A stretch of DNA of 52,028 bases. It comes from an archaeon (GTDB taxonomy: Archaea; Iainarchaeota; Iainarchaeia; Iainarchaeales; Iainarchaeaceae). Under the pieces are notes generated by a model. The model was given only the letters and a program-made list of their open reading frames with translations, did not search any database and was not told the DNA's origin. Location of the stretch: contig DATDXA010000005.1 in NCBI GenBank assembly GCA_035289485.1, positions 1 to 52,028 on the forward strand. The letters are read 5' to 3'. The position numbers and the translations under genes were made by a program. Below, piece by piece: positions 27,519 to 35,591 of this stretch (within the stretch, counting starts at the first letter, position 1; every line of letters starts with the position of its first letter).

Positions 27519-28703
27519 ATGATACCATTTGTACAGGCGTATTTTCTGATTACACTAGTTGCACTCATTGTTGCCACTTACACCGACCTAAAGGAGAGGC
27601 TTGTTAGCAACGGGCTCACATACGGCCTTATTGCGGCGGCTCTTTTGCTCAAGGGAGCGGAATCGTATTTTGCCGCAAATTTGTGGCCGCTTCAGGAATC
27701 ATTGCTTGCAGGCGCAATAGCATTTGCCGCATCATATGCGCTCTACAGGATTGGTGTTTGGGCAGGCGGGGATGTGAAGCTCGTGACCGCGATTGCGTTT
27801 GCAAACCCGCTCAATTACGGGGTGCTTTCTGGAATTTTCCCGCTTCCGGCATGGGCATCCGGCACCATCGCGCTCCCGATTTTTTCTGTCGCGCTCATCT
27901 TGGCTTCCGCATTCATGGTTTTTCCGATTGGAATTGCAATGAGCATTGGCGCCGCGCTCAAGCACAGAAAAATATTAGCGCAGACATTTGATGCTGTGCG
28001 CAAAAAGGCGCTTGCGATTGCGGCGGCTGCGGCACTTGTGGCAGGGAGCAGGGCACTTTTGCACTGGATTTTTGCGCAATATGCGGGAGCAATTGGAAGT
28101 TTGGCATATATTCCGGGGACAGTCGAATTCATAACACTCATAATCTTAATCGCCTCTGCATTCGCCCCTAAAAGAATCGCAGGCTACGCAGCCGCTGCGC
28201 TTGGAATTATAGGAATACTGCTAGAACCTACGGAATTCATTGTTTTGGGAATTTCGGTTGCCGCCCCTTTGCTTGCGGTGTATGCGCTGTGGAAAATGTA
28301 TGCTGAGAGCAGGGAAGCGGCGTTTAAGGAAACTATTCCGGTAGAAAAACTCGAGGAAGGGATGATTCCGGACAAATACATTGTTGAAAAGGAGGGCGCG
28401 ATAGGATTCGTGGATGCACCTTCGATAAAAACCGTTATAAAGCAGTTAATCAATAATAGAATGGAAAAAACCCTCGAGGACTTCAAAGTGGAGGGGAACG
28501 TGCTCGCAAGCCCGAGGGATGCTGGCGGAATATCAAGGGAGGCTGTGGAGAAATTAAGGAAAATGGCAGGCACGGGAAAATCGCCAAAAAGCATAACGGT
28601 CAGAAAAACCATGGCGTTTGTTCCGGCAATACTTGCCGCGTATATTGCGCTGCAGCTTACAGGGGATTTTGTATGGAACATCTTATTCAAAATAGCGTCA
28701 TGA
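27519..28703 (+). CDS. A24-family prepilin/preflagellin peptidase (PibD/EppA/FlaK-like) with large C-terminal extension
   Basis: Catalytic Asp contexts ATYTDLKERLV and WAGGDVKLV in a polytopic membrane protein; 394 aa. Confidence 0.8.
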   Translation: MIPFVQAYFLITLVALIVATYTDLKERLVSNGLTYGLIAAALLLKGAESYFAANLWPLQESLLAGAIAFAASYALYRIGVWAGGDVKLVTAIAFANPLNYGVLSGIFPLPAWASGTIALPIFSVALILASAFMVFPIGIAMSIGAALKHRKILAQTFDAVRKKALAIAAAAALVAGSRALLHWIFAQYAGAIGSLAYIPGTVEFITLIILIASAFAPKRIAGYAAAALGIIGILLEPTEFIVLGISVAAPLLAVYALWKMYAESREAAFKETIPVEKLEEGMIPDKYIVEKEGAIGFVDAPSIKTVIKQLINNRMEKTLEDFKVEGNVLASPRDAGGISREAVEKLRKMAGTGKSPKSITVRKTMAFVPAILAAYIALQLTGDFVWNILFKIAS

Positions 28704-29224
28704 AAAATATGCGCGGAGCGCAGAAAGGCCAGGCAACTATAGAGTTCCTGCTTATCCTGTTGCTTGCGGTTGGATATATCATGGCGGTGGTCCAGCCAAA
28801 TGCCGATTATGCATCTAACTCGATTGCGGATGTGGCAAGCATCGGAAAGCTCAGTGTTTCTGCGCAAAAATTATCGAATGCTGTGCAATATGTTTCCCTT
28901 TCTGGCAAGGGAACGAGGCAGACAGTTGAAATTGTTGTCCCTGCAGACGGGAAATTGGAATGTGATACTGGATCTTCCCCGGATTCGGTCAAGTTCTCAT
29001 ACACGCTCAAATCAGGTAGGGGAATCGCGGCATGCGAAGGGGATATTGATGTCGATGGGAAAATGTGCACAAGGCTCATTTCAGTTGGCACAGATTTTAC
29101 TTGTGATTTTTTACCTGTAACTTCGCCACTGACGACCAGTGCAGGACCCGGAATTTACAGCACTGCAATTGAAAAGGACTCCGGCACAGGTGCTGTGGAA
29201 GCTACGTTCACAGTGGTGCAATGA
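28700..29224 (+). CDS. class III signal peptide pilin
   Basis: MKNMRGAQKG-QATIEFLLILLLAVGYI; ATGA overlap with the peptidase stop. Confidence 0.75.
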   Translation: MKNMRGAQKGQATIEFLLILLLAVGYIMAVVQPNADYASNSIADVASIGKLSVSAQKLSNAVQYVSLSGKGTRQTVEIVVPADGKLECDTGSSPDSVKFSYTLKSGRGIAACEGDIDVDGKMCTRLISVGTDFTCDFLPVTSPLTTSAGPGIYSTAIEKDSGTGAVEATFTVVQ

Positions 29225-29637
29225 AGGGGCAGGCAAGCATAGAGCTCATAATCATAATCACCCTAGCGTTGGCCCTTAGCATAGGGGTGCTTGGAAAATT
29301 CTCGGGCGTGCAGGAAGGGATATTCACATCGGCATCAGCTAGGCAGCAGCTTATTACGGAAATGGAAAAGCTTGACACGCATTATGATGTGCGCGGAATA
29401 GCGACGGCAGAATGCGCGGCAAGTACGAGCGGCAATATCCGGGTGAATGTCACAATAAAGCCAGACCCCAAAATCATTGGAACATCACCAAACACTGACG
29501 ATACCAAAATAACGCCTAAAGTAAGGGCCGCAATATGCTCAACCAGAAATCTGGGCACAAAAACTGTTTGCATAGCATACAACGACCCCTCAAGGCTTGA
29601 TTGCGGCCAGACATGCGCCGGCCAGAGTTGCACATGA
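29221..29637 (+). CDS. class III signal peptide pilin
   Basis: MKG-QASIELIIIITLALALSIGVL; ATGA overlap with the upstream gene. Confidence 0.75.
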   Translation: MKGQASIELIIIITLALALSIGVLGKFSGVQEGIFTSASARQQLITEMEKLDTHYDVRGIATAECAASTSGNIRVNVTIKPDPKIIGTSPNTDDTKITPKVRAAICSTRNLGTKTVCIAYNDPSRLDCGQTCAGQSCT

Positions 29638-29661
29638 ACATAAAACAGCCACAAACTATAT

Positions 29662-29677
29662 ATCGTCAATCAACGTA
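29662..29677 (+). promoter_or_regulatory. ATCGTCAATCAACGTA motif abutting TATA TTTTTAAT (29678-29685); candidate operator
   Basis: Third copy of the ATCGTCAAT half-site, same spacing to TATA, about 27 nt from TATA to ATG 29709. Confidence 0.45.
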
Positions 29678-29708
29678 TTTTTAATCTTTTTCTGGTTTCT
29701 ATTAAATA

Positions 29709-30065
29709 ATGGAAATTGCGATTGAAAAGACGCCGCAAATGGGCCTTGCGCTGGCATTGGTATGCTTTGCCGCTCTGCTGGTGCTGCTTCCGGATGAGAA
29801 AGCAATGAAAATATCCGAAATCACAAGCAAGAGCATCGGGCAAACGGGGAAGGTGTACGGAACCATAAGGGGCCTTGAGTTCCGGAACGATAACGCCTTT
29901 TTCACTCTTGAAAATGGCGGCGCAATAAGGGCGGTTTTCTTTTCCCCGAGCGCAGAGCAGGCAGCGCAACTGAGAGAAAATGCCAATGCCGAAGTGTTGG
30001 CACAGGTAACAAACTACAAGGGCGGGCTTGAGCTTATAGTAGAAAGGGTTAGGGAAATTGATTGA
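29709..30065 (+). CDS. membrane-anchored OB-fold protein
   Basis: N-terminal TM helix, then GKVYGTIRGLEF...FFTLENGGAIRAVFF...VLAQVTNYKGGLELIVERV, an OB-fold (tRNA_anti-like) pattern. Confidence 0.55.
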   Translation: MEIAIEKTPQMGLALALVCFAALLVLLPDEKAMKISEITSKSIGQTGKVYGTIRGLEFRNDNAFFTLENGGAIRAVFFSPSAEQAAQLRENANAEVLAQVTNYKGGLELIVERVREID

Positions 30066-31230
30066 AGAAATTTCTTGGGCAATTCTTGGCATCGTTGCCG
30101 GAATGTTCACAGGATTCATGCCAGGAATACATGCAAACACCATAGCATTCATGGCACTCTTGCTCCCAATAGACAAATCAACCGGGCTTGCAATGTTCAT
30201 CGTGTCAATGGGCATCTCGCACTCATTCTTCGATTCCCTGCCAAGCATCCTTCTCGGTGCGCCTTCTGAAGAGAGCTCAGTGAACCTTTTGCCAGGGCAT
30301 GAGATGCTGCTGAAGGGAAAGGGGCTGGAGGCGGTAGAGCTCATGGCGTTCGGAGGGCTTGCGGCCGCGGCATTTGGAATCGCGCTTGCGCCGCTCTTTT
30401 TTTCATTTGCAAAAAATTATTCCGCACATTTTCCTGCGGTTATTCCGGCACTCGTTGCCGGGACTATTGCACTTATGATAATCGGGGAAAAAAACAAGGC
30501 GTCGGCGGCATTGGTTTCACTTGCTGCAGGGCTCTTGGGAATTTTTCTGCTCAACTCAGGAGTAAGAGAACCCGTGTTCGTTCTCATTACCGGATTTTTC
30601 GGGATACCCGGGCTTTTGCAATCCCTTTCCGCAAATGCAAAAATTCCCGAACAGGAAATGTGGGTGCATGCAAAAGCCGGAACTGGAATCGGGTTTGTGG
30701 CTGCAGTCACATCCGGATTTCTCGCTGCCTTCCCAGGAATCGGGCCAAGCCAGGCCGCAACAATAGTGAAAACATTTTATAGGAAAATAACCAAGCAGGA
30801 ATACCTCATTCTTAGCGGAGGGATTAACACCGGAAACCTATTTTTTAGCATCATAATGCTTCATGCGCTTGGGAAAACGCGCACAGGAATGGCAGCGGCG
30901 CTTGAAGGGGCAATGAAAATGGATTATATGGCGCTGATTACTCTTTACATAACCGCCGCAATGTCTGCAGGAATATGCGCGGCGCTGATTGGAGCGGTTG
31001 CGCAATACGCAATTGTGTGGATAAAAAAAATTGATTACAGAAAAATCAGCGCCGTAACAATGATTTTCATGGCTATCCTTGTGCTTTATTTTTCGGGAAT
31101 TGCAGGAATTCTTGCCTGCACAGCCGCCGCAGGAGTATCACTTTTCGCACTTGGCTCTAATGTAAGGAGGAGCCACTGCATGGCGTTTTTGCTCTTTCCC
31201 ACACTCTCATTTTACCTAGGCCTTGGCTGA
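30058..31230 (+). CDS. DUF112/TctA-like polytopic membrane protein
   Basis: GMFTGFMPGIHANTIAF near the N-terminus and about 10 TM helices, as in archaeal DUF112 proteins. Confidence 0.55.
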   Translation: MIEEISWAILGIVAGMFTGFMPGIHANTIAFMALLLPIDKSTGLAMFIVSMGISHSFFDSLPSILLGAPSEESSVNLLPGHEMLLKGKGLEAVELMAFGGLAAAAFGIALAPLFFSFAKNYSAHFPAVIPALVAGTIALMIIGEKNKASAALVSLAAGLLGIFLLNSGVREPVFVLITGFFGIPGLLQSLSANAKIPEQEMWVHAKAGTGIGFVAAVTSGFLAAFPGIGPSQAATIVKTFYRKITKQEYLILSGGINTGNLFFSIIMLHALGKTRTGMAAALEGAMKMDYMALITLYITAAMSAGICAALIGAVAQYAIVWIKKIDYRKISAVTMIFMAILVLYFSGIAGILACTAAAGVSLFALGSNVRRSHCMAFLLFPTLSFYLGLG

Positions 31231-31267
31231 CCAAAAGTATATTTAACACAAAACACCAAAGTCTTGC

Positions 31268-31639
31268 GTGGACCGGATTTATGGCATCAAAAGGGGAACT
31301 CTCGAATCCATCGTAATTGCAGCGCGCAATGTATACCCGCAGGAATTCTTCTCAATGCTTGGCGGAAAAAACAAAACCATTGAAGAGCTTGTAGTGATAC
31401 CTGCGGTGTTCGGGGACGATTTCGCATCTTACAGCCTTGAGCATGTGCCAATAGACCGCTCGATTATTGGAACTGTGCATTCGCATCCCTCACAATATAG
31501 CCACCCATCGGACGCGGACCTTGAATCATTCGGAAAGTTCGGTGAAGTGCACCTAATCATCGCGCACCCCTACGATTTTAATACAATCAGGGCTTTTGAT
31601 AATAAAGGCAAAAAAATAATTCTAAAAGTGGTTGAATGA
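31268..31639 (+). CDS. JAMM/MPN+ metalloprotease
   Basis: E in [11 protein letters not shown] plus [14 protein letters not shown] (HxHx7Sx2D JAMM motif); GTG start. Confidence 0.8.
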   Translation: MDRIYGIKRGTLESIVIAARNVYPQEFFSMLGGKNKTIEELVVIPAVFGDDFASYSLEHVPIDRSIIGTVHSHPSQYSHPSDADLESFGKFGEVHLIIAHPYDFNTIRAFDNKGKKIILKVVE

Positions 31640-32337
31640 AAAACGAAACTGCAAAACTTGTGCTGCTGCGGCATGGGGAAAGCAAGTGGAACATGGAAAA
31701 CCGGTTCACCGGCTGGATTGACATTGACTTATCTGAAAAAGGGATTGCGGAAAGCCGTGAAGCGGCCAAAATATTGCGCAAAAATAATTTTGCATTTGAC
31801 ATGGTTTATACTTCTGTGCTCAAGCGCGCAATAAGAACTGCATGGATTGTTCTCGATGACATGGACCTTATGTGGATTCCTGTGAAAAACAGCTGGAGGC
31901 TAAATGAAAGGCACTATGGAGCGCTGCAGGGGCTTAACAAGAATGAAATGAGGCAAAAGCACGGAGAAGAGCAGGTTTTCATATGGAGAAGGAGTTATGA
32001 TATAAGGCCGCCGGCGCTGCAAAAAGGAGATGGGCGCTTCCCCGGAAACGACCCGAAGTATTCCGATTTGAAGAGAAGCGAACTCCCCCTAACAGAAAGC
32101 CTCAAGGACACGGTGAAAAGGGTTCTTCCTTACTGGAAAAAAGAAATTGCGCCCGCAATAAAGAAAGGGAAATGCGTGCTTGTTGCGGCGCATGGAAACA
32201 GCCTGCGCGCGCTTGTAAAGCACCTTGAAGGCATTCCGGATGAAGAAATACCAAAACTGGAAATACCCACAGGAAAGCCGCTTGTTTATGAGCTTGACAA
32301 TAAACTAAAGCCTGCCAGGCACTATTATCTCGAATAA
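31636..32337 (+). CDS. gpmA: 2,3-bisphosphoglycerate-dependent phosphoglycerate mutase
   Basis: [20 protein letters not shown] and [10 protein letters not shown] histidine phosphatase motifs. Confidence 0.9.
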   Translation: MKNETAKLVLLRHGESKWNMENRFTGWIDIDLSEKGIAESREAAKILRKNNFAFDMVYTSVLKRAIRTAWIVLDDMDLMWIPVKNSWRLNERHYGALQGLNKNEMRQKHGEEQVFIWRRSYDIRPPALQKGDGRFPGNDPKYSDLKRSELPLTESLKDTVKRVLPYWKKEIAPAIKKGKCVLVAAHGNSLRALVKHLEGIPDEEIPKLEIPTGKPLVYELDNKLKPARHYYLE

Positions 32338-32386
32338 AATCGCCAAAGACGGTGAGCACAAAGATTAAATAACTAAAAATCCCTAA

Positions 32387-32830
32387 ATGGTTGAAATGCG
32401 CAAGGGCCAGACAAGTGTTGACATAATAATGGCGATACTAGTGGCGCTCGTGTTCTTTGCCGTTCTAAACATATACAACGACGACCTCAGCTCGCAGGTG
32501 AGTGAGATTTCAATGAAGAACGGGATGAAATCCATACTTCTTGACGTGTATTCCGCCACGGCATCTGCAAAGGCGTACGGGATTAGCATAGATTACACTT
32601 CCCCCAGGCTAAAGGTGGGGCAGAGCCAAAAGCCGCTTGACTGCGCAATAAGTTTCCGAGACGATGGCGGCAGCAATGATGATTCCATTTACATAACATC
32701 GGGCGGCAAGGAAGAAAAGTACAATAAAATAACCCTCGACGACATCACAATTGACGGAGACTCGATTTTAAACAACAGCCCGGTAACAAGGCCATGCGGG
32801 GAAAAATTCACAATTGCGAGGTCGCCATGA
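32387..32830 (+). CDS. class III signal peptide pilin-like protein
   Basis: MVEMRKG-QTSVDIIMAILVALVFFAV. Confidence 0.65.
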   Translation: MVEMRKGQTSVDIIMAILVALVFFAVLNIYNDDLSSQVSEISMKNGMKSILLDVYSATASAKAYGISIDYTSPRLKVGQSQKPLDCAISFRDDGGSNDDSIYITSGGKEEKYNKITLDDITIDGDSILNNSPVTRPCGEKFTIARSP

Positions 32831-33348
32831 AAGCTATCGGAAATAGGGGCCAGCTCTTCTCGCTTGATTTTCTTATAGCCATGGGCCTCGCGGTTTTGGC
32901 AATGGGAATGCTGCTGAACTATTTTGAGACCACGACGAATGTGGAGAAGGAGGCAAGGGTGCAAAATGAGCTCAATATTGTTGCGATGAATGCGAGCGCG
33001 CTGGTGCTCGAGGATGCTGACAGCAAATGCCCTGAGGGCATTTTTTCCGCTCAGGGGTACAAGGTTTACGGGTGCGCAATTGCGGGCCCTGGAAACTCCG
33101 GATTTGGAAACATAAAAAAAGAGGACCTAATGATACCAGATACATTCAAATGTGACATCAGCTGGACTGGCGGAGACAACAATGACTGCGATGATGACCC
33201 ATCCTCGGCAGGCAATATTGCCTCGGTTGAGAGGATTTTCTTGGAGCGCTCACAGTCATTGGCAAAGGCAGATTATGAAAAATGCGCGCAGGGGCAGTCT
33301 TGCTCGGCATACACGCAAAATACTCTCACGGTGAAAATATGGAAATGA
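32827..33348 (+). CDS. pilin-like protein, G/QLFSLD-type signal
   Basis: MKAIGNRG-QLFSLDFLIAMGLAVLAMGMLL; ATGA overlap. Confidence 0.6.
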   Translation: MKAIGNRGQLFSLDFLIAMGLAVLAMGMLLNYFETTTNVEKEARVQNELNIVAMNASALVLEDADSKCPEGIFSAQGYKVYGCAIAGPGNSGFGNIKKEDLMIPDTFKCDISWTGGDNNDCDDDPSSAGNIASVERIFLERSQSLAKADYEKCAQGQSCSAYTQNTLTVKIWK

Positions 33349-33626
33349 AAGGGGTAATATTCAGCTACGATGCGCTGCTTGCAATCGCGATAGTAATAGT
33401 GCTTTTTTCAGGGATAACTCTGGTCAGCTACACGGGAACAAATGACGGGAAGACAAGGGCAATGCTTTACACTACTTCTTCCGACACGGCAATCACGGAT
33501 TATCTCAGGGGAATAACTCCGCCCACGCTATCTGGGGACATGGATAACATGAATTGCGCAGAAGTGTTTGATTACAATCCTAATGGGACATTGAAAAAGG
33601 TGGCTGCATGCACAAAATTGGGATGA
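33345..33626 (+). CDS. pilin-like protein, G/VIFSYD-type signal
   Basis: MKG-VIFSYDALLAIAIVIVLFSG; ATGA overlap (alternative ATG at 33339). Confidence 0.6.
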   Translation: MKGVIFSYDALLAIAIVIVLFSGITLVSYTGTNDGKTRAMLYTTSSDTAITDYLRGITPPTLSGDMDNMNCAEVFDYNPNGTLKKVAACTKLG

Positions 33627-34141
33627 ATGGGACGATTTCGGCAATAATTGCGGTAGCCGCAATGCTGCTTTTGGTGTTTAGCATAAATTCATCCGTAATG
33701 GCGGAGAATAACGATTCGACTTTTGCAAAAATGCAGGCGTACAAGGAAACCGCGCTGAAAACGGAGCAGGCAGTAAGGATTCTGGACAACGCAGCGGCAA
33801 AACTTATGTCGGAAAAAACTGGCTCAATTCCATTATGCGCACAATCAAGCGCTTGGTCAAGCGGGGAAATAGAAGCAAGGCTTGAGAGCGTTGCCGACCA
33901 GTTCGAACAAAGTTCTGGTGGCATCAGCTGCAGCATAACCCCGACTCTCTTTTTGCACGCAGGCAACACAATAACTGCAATTGGAACATTGGACTGCACA
34001 AGCAATATCAGCGGCTCTAGTGCAACGGACTCGCGAGTGTTTAGCTTCGTGAAAATCTACGGCCCCAATACAGCGGCAACCCAGTGCATTGTAAAAGACT
34101 CAATCTCAGGCTGCCAAGAACAGCCCTCATTCAGCTGCTGA
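33623..34141 (+). CDS. hypothetical protein with hydrophobic N-terminus (pilin-like?)
   Basis: MNGTISAIIAVAAMLLLVFS; ATGA overlap (alternative ATG at 33608). Confidence 0.45.
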   Translation: MNGTISAIIAVAAMLLLVFSINSSVMAENNDSTFAKMQAYKETALKTEQAVRILDNAAAKLMSEKTGSIPLCAQSSAWSSGEIEARLESVADQFEQSSGGISCSITPTLFLHAGNTITAIGTLDCTSNISGSSATDSRVFSFVKIYGPNTAATQCIVKDSISGCQEQPSFSC

Positions 34142-34154
34142 TTGCCCAAAAAAA

Positions 34155-35573
34155 TTATTTTAATAATTTTGTCACGATTTTTTGCACTCCAGACCCGTAC
34201 TGCATCGCCTTCTTTGGCCTTGAAACTATGGAATCCGGAAGGCCCAGATTTTTTGCAAGCGCGCGCACCGGGCGCTTGCGCAATGAATCAGTTGCAGAAA
34301 GTATTTTCTCGCTTGCGGGAATTACCATTGCCTCTTGCAAGAAGCTTCGTGCCATGAAAGGGACACGCAATTCAAGCGACTGCGAAGCTAGGATTATGTC
34401 ATCGCGGTAGAAGTTTCTGGACCACATGCGCGAGAGTGAAAACCAGATTTCGTCTTCCACCGCAGGATACCCTGAGTCTTTTAGAATATTTGCATAATTT
34501 GTGTAGCCGCAGAAAATCTCATCGCTTCCTTGCCCGGAGAACACAACATTGAACCCTTGTTCTGCAATCCGCTCGGCGCAGGCAAGCACAGGAACAGCAA
34601 GGCCAACTTGCATCTCATCATAGAAAGAGAGAATTTTCATGCTGCGCATGGCAAGTGATTGCACTTCCTTTTCGCTTAGGATTATTTGCTCAAGTGGGAG
34701 CCCGAGAGCCTTTGCAGCTTCATGTGCGCTTTTGAGGTCCTCGCTTCCCTTCACTCCTGCAACAAAAAGCACTGTTTCCTTCACGCGCCCTGAAACAGCC
34801 TTTGCAATAAGCGATGAATCTACTCCGCCGCTAAAGAGCACGGCGGCCCTTTTCTGGCCTGCGCACTGCAAATCCATTGTTCTTTCAAATTCCTTTTCCA
34901 GTGCGGAAATTGAATGCTTTTTTTTAACTGATTTTTTGAAATCTTCAAGCGAATAGATTTCCTTTACAGAAATGCCCTTTTTTGAAATTTCAAGCAAGTG
35001 CCCAGGAAGAAGCGGGCGGGGGAACTGGATATCTATTTTCATAAGCGCAGCGGGCTCGGAGGCGAATGCAAAAAAAGAATCATTTTCGCCAAACCAGAGT
35101 GGCTTTATTCCGAGCAAATCCCGAAAAGCGTACAGTGAACCATTGTGCAGGGCGCCGACCGCATATTCGCCTTCAGCTTTTTCATAAAAACCCCGCAGCG
35201 CCTCTTCGAAACTTTTTTTGCGCAGCTCAGAGGCAAGAAAAACCGCAATTGACTCGGAATCGGAAACAAGTTCCCTTCCGGAATTGTTGAGCTCCTGATA
35301 ATTATAAATCTGCCCGTTGTGCGCTATGGAAACCGCGCCATCTGAGAGCGGCTGAACCCCAAAACCGGTGGTTGAAAGAAGGCAATGGCCCAGAACAACC
35401 GGGCTTTTGGGAAGAGGAAGAAGGCCTTTTACTGTTTTGGACTTTTTTTCCGCATCGGGCGTTTTCACTCCAAAAGCCTGCGGCCCCCTATGCTGCAGCG
35501 CGGCAATGAACTTGTATGCTTCCTGGGAAACATCCTCACCGCGCTTTGAATAAAGACCTATAACAGAGCACAT
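34155..35573 (-). CDS. asparagine synthase (glutamine-hydrolysing)-like amidotransferase
   Basis: N-terminal MC (Ntn Cys) GATase II domain, PP-loop AVLFSGGVDSS. Confidence 0.75.
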   Translation of the reverse strand: MCSVIGLYSKRGEDVSQEAYKFIAALQHRGPQAFGVKTPDAEKKSKTVKGLLPLPKSPVVLGHCLLSTTGFGVQPLSDGAVSIAHNGQIYNYQELNNSGRELVSDSESIAVFLASELRKKSFEEALRGFYEKAEGEYAVGALHNGSLYAFRDLLGIKPLWFGENDSFFAFASEPAALMKIDIQFPRPLLPGHLLEISKKGISVKEIYSLEDFKKSVKKKHSISALEKEFERTMDLQCAGQKRAAVLFSGGVDSSLIAKAVSGRVKETVLFVAGVKGSEDLKSAHEAAKALGLPLEQIILSEKEVQSLAMRSMKILSFYDEMQVGLAVPVLACAERIAEQGFNVVFSGQGSDEIFCGYTNYANILKDSGYPAVEDEIWFSLSRMWSRNFYRDDIILASQSLELRVPFMARSFLQEAMVIPASEKILSATDSLRKRPVRALAKNLGLPDSIVSRPKKAMQYGSGVQKIVTKLLK

Positions 35574-35591
35574 GTGCAAAACCCCGCGAAA

